From: Aplysia californica
Lineage: Eukaryota
Length of the DNA stretch: 64,000 bases
Direction: 5' to 3'
NCBI RefSeq assembly: GCF_000002075.1
Contig: NW_004797335.1
Span: forward strand, 47,869 to 111,868
The notes below the pieces were generated by a model. It saw only the letters and a program-made list of their open reading frames with translations, was not told the origin of the DNA and ran no database searches. Numbering within the stretch: position 1 is the stretch's first letter; each line of letters opens with the position of its first letter. Positions 53,101 to 63,618 of this stretch are shown here, piece by piece. The translations under genes were made by a program, and so were the position numbers.

Positions 53101-56100
53101 ATCTATCAAGCGCCGAATTTCACCACGATACCTCACATATGCTAAAACAACACTTCTCATGGCCCCATAGCTGCCAAACACGGAATATCAGATATGAAAC
53201 TATCAACTTTTAACACTTCCCCTACGAAACGCATGCCTGTGTGCGCCAGCTTTCTTTACCATTCGCTGCGCAGCGCACGCCACTGTGCGTCATGAGAATG
53301 TTCGTTCAATGCGGAACGCACATACTGGTGCGTTTCAACTTTCACTTTTTTTTTTTACAGAAGAATAAAGGATTTGGTGAGGGATGTGACTCTAATGATA
53401 TGATTGAAGGTCTAAACATTTATTTGATTTCTTCCCTTAGACTTCAAGATGATTTTAGCGAGGGTTTTTTTCGAACGAAACGATAGATGTTCCAACTGTA
53501 GTCGAGCTGAAAATGACATCCTCCAGTAGGCCAAAGCGAGCGCGTCTCATGCCTGCAAATACTGCACTAGACATGATATTTTAAGAGGGATTTGAAGAAG
53601 AAGAGTCTATAGATCATTACAGTGATAGTGATAGCGAGTATGAACCAGACGACGGTCTAGATCTAGACCTAGTCCAAGTGTTCAACTTGTAAAAAAAAAT
53701 GTAATATTTTGCCGCTTTTTTAGGTCAATGTTCATACCCTTGCTGTCATATTTCATATTACCACAGCTCCTTTTCCTTTCCACACAACATTCTATAGATC
53801 TTTAACTTTACATATGTGCTGTTTTGTACTTCTAAACTTATTTTGCAATAAATGGTGGATTTTTTACGGACCCCACAAAACACTACATTTTTAGAGAATA
53901 GACTATTATTTTAGATACGAATAGAGGGAATACCCAATTAGCTGGGGCTACGTAGGGAAAGTGTCAAACAAAAACTTGTGCACAGGGCAAGACTTTAGCC
54001 AAAATCCAAATGGAGCAGGGCAACCTTGAAATGTATCATAATTCTAATGTTGACTTTTGCTGTCGTCAAGTGAACTCACCCTCCATTTCGCGTGGACACG
54101 ACTCTCTTGACGACAGGCGGAGGGACTGCCCTTATGACAAACTCAAACTTGAGACCAGATGGGATCTGCCATATATACTCCGACTTGAGCGAGAATTCCT
54201 CGTCCGTCACGCTGCTTGGGCGGCCTGGCCAAAAAGGAAAGTTGTTGTGAAGTAAGAGTTTTAGTTTTCGTAAGAGTATTTTTTTAAAGTAAGAGTTTTA
54301 TGGCACTTGCAACACAATAAGTTCATATGAGTGCTGAAGATTAGAGGTGTTACAAGAGAGTAACAAACACAAAAAAGAAGGAGGGGAGATAAAGATAATA
54401 GATGTTTGATAGGAAAGAAGAAGCAAACCACACCAGAACACCCGCCAACCACCCACTCATAAGAGTTTTATGGCACTTACAACACAATAAGGTCATAAAA
54501 CATACAAACGCTGAAGATTAGAAGTGTTACAAGAGAATAACAAACATAAAAAGAAGGAGGAGAGATCAGGACGATAGATGTCTGATAGGAAAGAAGGAAC
54601 AAACCACACCAAAGCACCCACCAACCACCTACACAAAGTGGAGGAGGGGTGGGGTAAGAATAAGGAGTCAACGTGTTAGTATTTTAGCCTCTGTTAAAAG
54701 GCAGCTTGCACTGTATACACTTCCCAGGAAGATGTGATTGTTTGAGAATGCTGTCTAGTCTGCTGGGGTAACAAGATATTGTGAAGCCCCTAGAGTTTGC
54801 AGTTGAGTTGGAATTTGCACCAAGCAAATGCTATTCATTATCATCATTATCATTATTATCATCATAATTATTTTTTTAAAATAATTATTAAGAAGGAGTC
54901 AACACATCATTCTGTTTAAATGAATAAAGGCAAACACTTTAGGTAGATACTGTTAAGTTAAATTTTGAAAAGACAAAAAAAAAACAAAAAAAACAAGCAC
55001 AATGACGTGTATCATGCATAAGATCACGACATATAAAAAGTAAAAGAAATAAAAATCTAAAAACAGCTTGAAAACACAATGAGGTGTATCTTACATATGA
55101 TCAAGACCTATAATAGGTAAAAGAAATCAAAGCTCTTAAAACAACTTGAAAAGCGTAATGAGGTGTATCTTACATATGATCATGACTAGAAACATGAAAA
55201 CACAATGAGATGTATCTTATATATGATCATGACATAGAAAAGGTAAAAGAAATAAGCTCTAAAAACAACTTGAAAACACAATGAGGTGTATCTTACATGT
55301 GATCATGATGTCGATGCTGGACTGCATGCGTGTGACCTCATTCTCCCCAACGCACGTGTAGATGCCGCTGTCCTCACAACGGGAAGCCTCCAGGACGAAG
55401 AAGCTGCGGTACCAATGCTCCGTCACACTGCTGCTGGCGACCGATACTTCCGGACCATGACCCTGCTCCGTCTTCAGGAGGCTCATGGTAGGGGAGAGCC
55501 ACCTGTACAAGACAGAAGCTTTAGTTTTTATTAAGAGTTTTATGGCACTCGCAACTGCATTTAGAAGGATTTTTACTTCACTTGCAACACAATACGGTCA
55601 TATAAGTGCCAGAGATCAGGTGTTACAAGAGAGAAACAAACACAAAAGACATGGTCCCTAACAAAAACCCTAGAGAGGAAGCTGTGTCATGCAAAATGAA
55701 ATGTTTAAGAAGATCGGTTAACAAGACAAAATGAGACAAAATAAAAAATGAAGTCATAAGGGACATGGTAGGAGCAAAACCAGTCCTATCACACATTGAA
55801 AAACAAAAGATCAAGTGGTTCGGACACCTCACACAGATGCCCTCAAACCAACCAGCTCTGAGAGCATAAAACATTTAAGATTCTGGCTGGAGAGCCAGAG
55901 GAGGACCAAGGCGACGCTGGAGTGAATCTGTAGCAGACACCCTCAGAGCTCAAGGGATGTCCCTCCTACAGGCCACTCGCCTTGCTGCAGACAGATGCCT
56001 GTGTCTCCCCACAACACCCATTAGTGCAAGCGGAAGAAAAGAGTAAAGTAAAGAATGTATCCAGCGTATTAAAAATTGAACGAAATATTTATCTGTGGCA

Positions 56101-59100
56101 CTTTGCGAAACCTTTGTTCACCCCTGGTTTAGGTTTAGGAGATGGGCTGTTTGAGCAAAGAGAAACATATCTACAAACAATAACAACCCCTAAGCATTGG
56201 GTCGGGGGGGGGGGGGGGGGGGGGTAGTAAGCGTTACACAAAAACAACAGAGAGAATTAAAAGAAGGAGGGCTAAAAACCAGCAACAATGAACACAAGCA
56301 CACAACAATTTCTGATCATACAGCTAACCTGATCTGAGGCTGCGGGTGACAGTCAATTCGACAAGCAATATCAATGTTTGACCCCTCATCAACAGTTTGG
56401 CGAGCCACATCAGAGCCGTCCACTGATATGATGGGACTGTTGATATCTGTTGGGGGGAAAAATTTTTTGGGTCTCTAAAATTAATTCAATGTTGCGTGTG
56501 TGTGAAATTTGTTGGTCTCTAAGATTAATTCAAGGTGTGTGTGTGTATGCATGCCTATATGTGCACGCACGAGTGTGTGTGTGTAGGCGTGCGTGCATCC
56601 ATGTGTGTGTGTGTGTGTGTGTGTTTTGAGCGGGGGGGGGGGGGTTGCATCACTCCGTAGCACACTCCCAGCTTGTGATCAGCACTTGTAATCACTTTCC
56701 AAGACCTGTGTTTTATCGTCAGTGGAAAGAGTAGACTTTCTTTCTCAAAAACAGCCATTGCAAGGAAACGACCCAAAAAATTCTTTTTAAGAAAAGTTCA
56801 TTGCCTTTCATGAACGCAAACTAACTTTTCAAGACCTTTAAGTCTGGGTACCATGAACGCCAATTGCTACCTAACTTCCCATCAGGGAATGTAGCAGACA
56901 TAGTTGGCCGATCCTCTTTCTAATTGCGAAGTCTTTAGGCTATCTTCATGAGTTGTCTGGTTTGAACATAGGAAGGTAAAGAATGTAAAGATCTCTACAT
57001 CTTTTTTTATTTGCCATGTTGTAAAACATCTGTTTATTACCAATTTTGCGAAATACCTGTTTATTCAACATTTTGTGGAATATCTATCCATTCTACACCT
57101 ATGAAACATTTGTTTATTTTTCATTTTGCGAAATATGTTTATTTACCATTTTGTCAAATCACTTTCTCAGAATTACAAAGTTCTGACATTTTTGGCCATA
57201 TTGAATTACTAAGACCAAGAGATCAAAAAACAAATGTTGTATCTGGTCCATGTAATGATTTACAAAGAACTGCAATCGAAAAATCTTGACATAATGTGAA
57301 ATGCAAATTTTTTTACATCAAATTTCTCAAAACTCAGCAGATAGAACAATGTAATTCTGAGGTCTGAGGTAGCGAAATATATATAATATCTGCTTATTCG
57401 CCATTTTGTCAAATATGCTCCAATCTGTTACCACATGTGCACAAAGTTTGTTCTGGTTTCAAAAGGCAACAAATAAAAAGGAAAGCCAAAATTCTTTTGA
57501 TACTTACAAAACACCTCGAGACTGAAAGAATGTCGGACCTTGCCATACTTATTTTGAGCGCGACATCGGTAGCTTCCCGAGTCATAGCGGCTGACTTCCA
57601 CATCAAGAACTGTGGGATCTTCAAGGCCAATCACAGGACTGTACCTGAGGATGAAGGTTCATACAGTCAGGAATGGATAACTCAAACATGTCCAGGATTG
57701 ACAATTGGGTTTAACAAATCCATAATTTCCCAACCAATATCGCTTTTTTATTTTTCGTTATATCGGCTTAACTGAACTAACTCATTCGCTACGCCAAGCC
57801 GTGGGGGGCGGCGCGGCTAAAGTGCCGTAAATACGCTAAGCCGCCCCCACTGAAAATCGGAAATTTAGATTCAGCTTTGAAACGCGATTTCGTAGTTTAT
57901 TCGACTTTGTTTTATCGCGATGCCAAAAATTATAGCCCGGACACCAGTCTTAGTAATTTTACACAACAAAATCTATCATTATTTTGTCCACTAAAGAAAT
58001 GTAGGATTCTTTTTTATAATATTGATACGATTGGACTCATATTGCCAACGCACTGTTATTGAAAAATTAATATTTTTGAGTGCTAGATCTAGGTCTAAAT
58101 CTAAATTGTCAAAATATTTTTTTCTCCCCAAAATCACTACTTTTTGATGAAATTACACAAAAAGTGCCACTCAAGACATGTATAGGTTTATTCCAAATGC
58201 AATTCTGAATAATTCCATATAAGATATGAGTGGGTTTTTTCTGTTTGTGATCGTTTTTCAAGATTATAAAAAATTTTATTTATTTTTCAATATCGGATGT
58301 TATGTTCCAAATGTACAAACATTATGGAATGTAGGTAAATAACTGCAAACTTTTCAATATTTTCCAGTTCTGTATTCATTTATGGTTATTTTGGTGTATC
58401 TTTTGACTAGGTGCAAACATATTTTTTTAGTTTTACCAAAGATTATAAATTTTTTATTTTCAAGTTTTATCCGCATCCAATCAAATTTGTGTTGCATAAT
58501 CGCCTCTTACAGGAACCAAAGTTGAAAAATACATAAATAAACATTACAGATGTATTCTACAAACCATACTAAAAATATTGGTATATAATACGTTGATATT
58601 TATTTGAATTTGTTGCCCCAAAGACCTTTTAACTGCCCACTAGTCATCTCTTTCGTCCTCCCGAAAAAGAATTCGTCTACAAGCCGAAAATAATACGTAG
58701 CGAATGAGTTAAGAAATGATAGATAAGATGAGTTTATTTTCAAAAAAATTTCCCACTGGGACAAGAATGTATCATCTTATCTTATCTATCTATCTCATTT
58801 CAAGTAAACCAGTATAGCGAAAAATTACAGAGATATTGGTTGAGAAATGGCAAATTGTACAAGCTATCCATCCATGATTTAAGAGTTTTCCGTATCCGTG
58901 TTATCTGTGCACAACTGCTCTATCATTCATCAACTTTTCACAATAATCAATTTTCTGCCAGAAATGAAAACTGCTGACATCTTGACTTCGGTTATTTTTT
59001 TTTTAAAACAAATGAAACATTCGTACATTTGCTACTGAAAAATGATTATCAAGTCATAAGAAATGAGGAGTTGCTGGGAAAGTTGAAGGGACTGTTCAAC

Positions 59101-62100
59101 TTCAAGCATCGCATCTGTAGTAGCCTTCAACAACTCACTATTAACAATTAATTCTTACCAATAAATCATTAACGATTATTTCATGATAAAGTTATGGACT
59201 TTGACTGGCTCCATTATAAATTACCTACAGACTTCAACATGAGTTAAGGACCATTTGCAAACACTTTGAGTGATCTTCTTGGGTCGACCTGCACGAGGGC
59301 TTTCCTGGACTGATCCAGTGGCCTGATGGCGCTGCCTCAAGTGGAAAATGGCAGAATGTGACATGGCAAGCCTTCTTGCAACTTCTCTGGAACAAACTCC
59401 ACCCTACAGCCATGCCATAGCTCTGGCACGATCGAAGTCTCTCAGTTTTCGTCTCGGTGGCATATTGATGCGATACTGGATTTTGCGCAAATGGCGGCTT
59501 ATATTGTCACTAAAGTGAGCACAAACTAAAGACCATACGTGCACCATAAATTTTTCCTGAAAAATGTCCGTGGTGTACCACACAAGTCGATAAAAAACAT
59601 AAAATTTGGCTAAAATTTCTGGAGGATTTCCGTGCTGCACGTTGTGGTTTTGCCCCTTTAGGAAGCTTTGGTAACCCATTAACACTTTCAGAGCAAAAAA
59701 ATTTGAAACATTCCTTGCTGTCTTTTTTTTTCGGATTTTAAAAAAAATCAAGGCTGTCTGTCAAGGTGGTCGCTAACCTATGATGAAATCTGTATTAGTT
59801 CATTTTTTAACTGAAAAAGCCTGATTTCATACAAACTCTCAGTTTCTTGTGACCATCATAGATGCAGGGAAATTGAAATGCCAGCTGGCCTCACCAGCTG
59901 AGAGTGGCCCATAAACATAACAAGACACATTACAGGGTGGAATTTGGCCCAAATCGTCAGAGCCCTTTCTTTTTTTGGGGGGGGGAGGAGTGGCAGAACA
60001 TTCTCCTGAAAGAACAAATCTAATCTCCATCCCCAATTGAACGTAATAATTTGTAGAGAAATATCAAACACTATTTCACAAGTTAAAAAGGAATGGGGGG
60101 AAAAGGAGGTAGCAGCTTATTTGTGCTCTTACTTTGTAGTCTTGTTCTCAGGCTTGAACACCCAGGCGATCTCACATTGAGGCCAGCACTGCGCTTGACA
60201 CGAGAAATGCAACTTTTCTCCCAGATTCAAGTTAAGAGCCGCACCATTTTTCATGAACGGGCTGATCATTATGTCACTCTGTCCTGGGGCATCTGTGATA
60301 GTAAGGAGAGTCAGATGAAAAGGGTTCAGTTTGAGAAACAGTTATGAAGCACTTGTAACACAAACAGGTCATATAAGTGAAGACGAATAGAGAGTAACAT
60401 GTTAAAAAATGAGGAGAGCTAAGGATGATAGATGTTTGATAGGAAAGAAGGATCAAACCACATCAGAGCACCAGCTAATCACTTACTCATACAGGAGAAC
60501 AAAAAACAATAGATTACAAACTTAACGAGGTGAGATTGGTTGAAGTGAAGCCTTTCCAAAGCTCACGGATGAGAAAGAAAGCAAGTCTGCAATTTCCCAC
60601 AAAAAACATTGATATCTATCATTGGGAAATATGGTTTTACTTTCAAGTATAATTATCTTAAGCCTGGACCCTACAACACTGAAACAGCTCTCACATTTTG
60701 TAACCATATGCAAGTATAATAACAGAATCAAATCAGAAGTAATTTTCTCTGTCACATGCCCATACTCACACTCAAAAGTACTGAGACAGAATCAACTCAG
60801 AAAGTCTTTTAATTCTCATGTGAACATTAAAAAGTACAGACACAGAATCAAATCAGAGTGTCTTTTAATTCCAGGGCTGCCCACACACCAGCATATATGT
60901 TTTAGTAATCAGCAAATAAAAAATTTGTAATCAGGTTAACAAAACCGTAATATGGTCAGGGATCGTTTTCTTCCCAGGGGTGTCAAGGACAGGGGTTGTA
61001 GTCAAGCAAGTATAAAAGTAACATAAACAAAGGCATGATGATAAAAGAGGTCTTGATGGACTCATCACTGGTTCATTTAAGTTGGGTTTTTTTAAATGGG
61101 CAAAAAAGGTGGCTCATTGTATTTAGTTTCAAACAATGATCCATTTCTTTTTTTTTTAATAGCTCTCACTGGCCTTGGCTGTCACACATCTCACTGGCCT
61201 TGGCTGTCACACACAGCACAAAAAGACGGGATTTAGCTAATACCTTGTCAACCTAATGTTTACCTTACTCCTGGATTCAGCACTTCTGAAGTATGTTTTT
61301 CTAAGGGCAATGTGGGGCTGAGCAACTACAAGGGCTCAAGGCAAAAAAGAGGATGCTAACTGCAGACTGTCCGGGTCAGGTTGGTTTTTTTTTGTTTCCC
61401 TCATACACTGGGAGGGTTGGCAGTGGGTTGGGATACCCGAAATTTAAAAAAATCGGAATCAGGGGTATTACAATAGCATTTTCGTAAAATAAAAAGTCGT
61501 GACAATTCTGCCAAATTTGTAATAATGGGCAACCCTGTAATTCCAACACTCAGTCTCAGAAATGCAGAGACAAAATCAACTCAGAGGGTCTCTCTCTGTC
61601 ACGTTCTATACTCACACTCAGGCTGAACAGTGAAAACCTCACTGGCATCTGACACCAACATAAGATTTTCATCACCCGTGTCATCTGCTGTTTTGCACGT
61701 AAAATTCAATCCCACATTCGAGCGAGACACGTCCTTCAGTATGAGGCGATCTTCCGAGTCCACAGACAGCTGGAAAAGGGAAACAACCATTTACAATGTC
61801 AGATTGAGTACTACAGCAAAACTATAAACAGATTTTCAGATATGCAACAAATGGTCACCGCCACTTTTCCTCTTCCTGTGAAGCATTGCAGCAGCTACAT
61901 GAGTTTCTTCATTCCCCCAAACCCCCCCCTTTTATAAATCCTTTTCTGAAACCTTGAAAATTCCCTCAGTATAGGCCGATAAAACAATTTGGCATTCTAT
62001 GTCGGGTGTACGTAGCTGAGGTTTCACATTAATGTTATTGTGAATATGCACCACTTCTCATTCACATACACACACACTCTACCACTTCACTCTTAGTTTG

Positions 62101-62679
62101 AGTTTTTCATCCTGTCACAACGCACTAGACGGAATCCATCAATATCCACACTGTCACTGTTGTTTGGAAAATTTTTTGTAAATCACAACTCGCTGAAACA
62201 AATAAGCGAGGGCTCTCTATTTGCTTCCTTTTCTTAACACTTCTCGCTTGCACTACATGCACAGACCCAAGAAATTATTATGTATAAAATACACATGGTA
62301 ACAAGAAAAATATTTTTCAATTTAATGAAAAAAGAAGAATACCACACCATCCCAGAAATATAAAGAGAGAGAACTAAAAGAAAAAGTTTAAAAAAACAAT
62401 TAAAGGGTGAAGGGAGGGACAAAGGGAAAGACACTTCAGGATGTGAGAATTTCTTATCAGTGTTTTTTCTACAAGCGCTGCGAAAGAAGCTTACCTGTGG
62501 GTCAGTTCCCCCTAGCAGACCAATATCCCGGCCCTGTGAGTCCTGCCACCACACTTTGGCCGGAAGGTTGTGGTCCTCTGGCAAAGTCCGAGAATTGACC
62601 GTACACTCCAGCATCAGAGTTTCCCCCACCAGCTGACTGAACCCATCCAGCACACTGATGACAGGACGGTCGGGTTTCC
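37636..62679 (-). CDS. Ig-superfamily type-I receptor (>=4 Ig-like + FN3 + TM + ITIM-bearing tail), nephrin/sidestep/echinoid-like architecture; 5' end outside window
   Basis: Phase-consistent GT-AG exons (minus): 62679-62495, 61769-61616, 60292-60133, 57644-57508, 56446-56329, 55502-55297, 54224-54080, 52358-52165, 51069-50773, 49296-49180, 44787-44754, 44056-43980, 43019-42959, 41882-41830, 41212-41132, 39764-39685, 38112-37636. Motifs: Ig DSGSYRC and DSGIYTC, FN3 WLPGFNGG, hydrophobic TM, stop after GTAV. Confidence 0.9.
39005..39404 (-). mobile_element. ~390-bp tRNA-less retroposon, copy 2
   Basis: aligns with 9977-10372; tail ggcgctcgtacgacctcatgcagttgtgagcggcgtaaaacc. Confidence 0.75.
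39685..44787 (-). CDS. six small cytoplasmic-tail exons (34, 77, 61, 53, 81, 80 nt)
   Basis: 44787-44754, 44056-43980, 43019-42959, 41882-41830, 41212-41132, 39764-39685; all AG/GT and chained in frame (GKKEADGEAETS-RPMLPK...-VGNSDG...-RKPVPKPADYSDDDD-DPEDDE...TYVNVP-EHIYAN...). Confidence 0.75.
40622..41075 (-). mobile_element. tRNA-headed SINE with Meta/MESC-like core and I/Nimb-type tail
   Basis: A box tggtctagaag, B box gagttcggatc, core gaggtcccgtgtgcaagttgcgcacattaaagatcc, tail ccttatgcagttgcgagtgctgtaaaac. Confidence 0.8.
43165..43333 (+). ncRNA. HDV-like self-cleaving ribozyme at the 5' end of a probable RTE-type retroelement remnant
   Basis: P1 GCCTCCC/GGGAGGT; P2 CCCT/AGGG; P3 TCG/CGG around L3 TCCTCGT; P1.1 GG; P4 closed by CAG/CTG; J4/2 GCTAA with candidate catalytic C43322. 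Confidence 0.7.
43410..43690 (+). mobile_element. CORE/Deu-like SINE body with gtaaagcgc...gcgctatgcaaatg tail; partial second copy at 54695-54850
   Basis: ttcctggggaaggcactttac...ccaggtggaaataggtacc core; the two copies align. Confidence 0.6.
46116..48775. mobile_element. non-autonomous hAT element (~2.66 kb including gaps)
   Basis: TIR TAGGCCTGGGCA/TGCCCAGGCCTA, perfect 8-bp TSD GTGACAGT (46108-46115, 48776-48783), subterminal ccgaata/tattcgg repeats. Confidence 0.92.
46633..47051. repeat. 28-bp minisatellite x15 with a 112-bp higher-order period
   Basis: unit cgattcattagctgactcggtttcaaac; the gctAac variant recurs at units 4, 8 and 12. Confidence 0.95.
49180..49296 (-). CDS. receptor exon, transmembrane helix (AVVGIVFAVLIIIAVLCFIFYWFVY-RKK)
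   Basis: actcag| ... |gtaagc, phase 1-1; hydrophobic run followed by a basic stop-transfer. Confidence 0.93.
49359..49544. repeat. 32-bp minisatellite, ~5.8 identical copies
   Basis: unit caaataatagtcattcagtgcagggacaacag. Confidence 0.95.
50773..51069 (-). CDS. receptor exon, FN3 domain (GPPHHVTNV...WLPGFNGG...LSPNTEYVVRVVAWN)
   Basis: ttgtag| ... |gtatgt, phase 1-1; FN3 W...LxPxTxYxxRVxAxN pattern. Confidence 0.95.
51300..51960 (-). mobile_element. RTE LINE fragment
   Basis: GCECWTI...ASEMWFCRRLLKTSW, GKIEGK..GRP. Confidence 0.75.
52165..52358 (-). CDS. receptor exon, atypical Ig-like second half (...LDLNDADRTFTITLES...RPR)
   Basis: tgacag| ... |gtatcc, phase 2-1. Confidence 0.85.
53210..53967 (+). 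mobile_element. piggyBac deletion derivative with a transposase N-terminal remnant
   Basis: ttaacacttcccctacg / cgtagggaaagtgtcaa ends; from 53513 MTSSSRPKRARL...ALDMIF*EGFEEEESIDHYSDSDSEYEP. Confidence 0.7.
54080..54224 (-). CDS. receptor exon, atypical Ig-like first half (CRPSS...FVIRAVPPP)
   Basis: ggccag| ... |gtgagt, phase 1-2. Confidence 0.85.
54252..54632 (-). mobile_element. two tandem copies of the ~170-bp retroposon family (>=18 copies in window)
   Basis: consensus tgggtggttggcgggtgctctggtgtgg...ggcacttatatgaccttattgtgttgcaagtgccgtaaaactcttactaaaactaaaa; other copies near 14805, 17550, 18964, 19953, 21486, 27760, 30030, 34063, 42098, 42318, 44505, 44985, 49003, 51103, 55520, 60340. 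Confidence 0.9.
54995..55310. repeat. ~75-bp degenerate tandem repeat spanning an exon donor
   Basis: cacaatgaggtgtatcttacatatgatcatgac recurs 5 times. Confidence 0.85.
55297..55502 (-). CDS. receptor exon, Ig second half (WLSP...CEDSGIYTCVGEN)
   Basis: gtacag| ... |gtaaga, phase 2-1. Confidence 0.92.
55665..56050 (+). mobile_element. RTE LINE 3' fragment
   Basis: CKMKCLRRSVNKT...IKNEVIR...KWFGHL...RARGGPRRRW. Confidence 0.75.
56329..56446 (-). CDS. receptor exon, Ig first half (VDEGSNIDIACRIDCHPQPQIR)
   Basis: caacag| ... |gttagc, phase 1-2. Confidence 0.85.
57508..57644 (-). CDS. receptor exon, Ig second half (VSRYDSGSYRCRAQNKYG)
   Basis: cctcag| ... |gtaagt, phase 2-1; DxGxYxC motif. 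Confidence 0.92.
57777..58712. mobile_element. third copy of the same piggyBac-type MITE
   Basis: same TIRs and internal sequence as 8002-9057; sits inside an older inverted-repeat element (about 57720-57775 vs 58795-58852). Confidence 0.88.
59048..59860 (-). mobile_element. Tc1-like deletion derivative with a transposase HTH remnant
   Basis: from 59463 MPPRRKLRDFDRARAMAWL*GG..REVARRL....HSAI......ATGSV...PRAGRPKKIT; degenerate TIR-like ends gtcacaagaaa/gtcataagaaa. Confidence 0.75.
60133..60292 (-). CDS. receptor exon, Ig first half (YAPGQSDI...FSCQAQCWPQCEIAW)
   Basis: tcacag| ... |gtaaga, phase 1-2; not in the ORF track. Confidence 0.85.
60872..61537. mobile_element. hAT-like MITE
   Basis: TIR cagggctgccca/tgggcaaccctg; partial flanking duplication taattc. 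Confidence 0.65.
61616..61769 (-). CDS. receptor exon, Ig second half (LILKDVSRSNVGLNFTC)
   Basis: ttccag| ... |gtgagt, phase 0-1. Confidence 0.9.
62495..62679 (-). CDS. receptor exon, Ig half-domain (KPDRPVISV...LECTVNSRTLPEDHNL...WW)
   Basis: cttcag| ... |gtaagc, phase 1-0; B-strand Cys and C-strand Trp. Confidence 0.9.
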
Positions 62680-62832
62680 CTGAAGAGAAAAATCAGGGGT
62701 CATTTGCTTGAGATAAAAGAAGCATGAGGCAAGCAAAATCATGCATAATGGGCATTATAATTTTTTTTTTGCAGTCCAGTGATGGTGGTGTGACTAACCT
62801 TAAATCAAGGTAGTAAAGCGTAAAGTCCAAAT

Positions 62833-63618
62833 TTAGTTTAGTATGAGGTTTTAAAGCGCTCACAATTGCATACGGTCATATGAGCGCGCGAAACACTTAA
62901 AATTCAGAGTAAACATATTTTCAATCTATAAAAATTTTTAATAATTTAATTTCATTCTATAATTTCCCATAAAGGCCAATAGCCTTCATAAAATCTAAAA
63001 TTCTGTTGGGAACAACAACGGAAAAAATGTCTTGCAATTTCTTGCATTTAAAGTATTTCCTCCTGGTCTCTCTGAAGTCTAGACATTCGGTTAAAATGTG
63101 TCTATTGGTAAAATCTGCGTCGCATCTGACACACAACGGCTTCTCTTCTCCCTGAAGGAGGTATTTGTGTGTTAGGGCCGTGTGTCCAATGCGTAATAGA
63201 GTAAAAATAACTTCGTCTCTTCAGGAGAGGCCCGAAGAATTTCGCAGTTTTAGTTTGGGTTTAATATTGTGCAGTTTGTTATTTGTTGTTTTTTTCAAAT
63301 GGCTCTCCCACAGACTGGAAGTGTACTTTTTAACTTTATTTTTAAAGTCAGTCTGTGGGAGAGTGTTCGTCGTTGATCCCAACAGAAGGGATAAGGATTT
63401 CTTCGCCAGGTCATCTACCTGCTCGTTTCCTCGGATGTCCACATGGCTAGGTATCGATGCGAATACGATACTTTTCCCTGTTTCAGTTAAGTGTGTATTT
63501 TCTGTTGTGGCCTAACTATTTTTGGGTGTAGGAGTGTGTAGTTTGTAAGAGAGGTGATGCAAGACAGAGAGTCAGAAAGGATAAGGAAAGATTTGTTAGG
63601 AGAATTTTCTACAGAGTC
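62833..63618 (-). mobile_element. I/Nimb-clade LINE 3' fragment (RNase H + CCHC + 3' tail)
   Basis: FLILSDSLSC, IPSHVDIRGNEQVDDLAK, LRIGHTALTHKYLL..P.C..C.....RHILTEC; tail gcgctcatatgaccgtatgcaattgtgagcgc + (AACTA)n. Confidence 0.9.

Noticed and set aside
37636-62679. Assigning a gene symbol such as NPHS1, side or ed
   Set aside because: The architecture is similar, but orthology cannot be established by eye and the N-terminus is outside the window.
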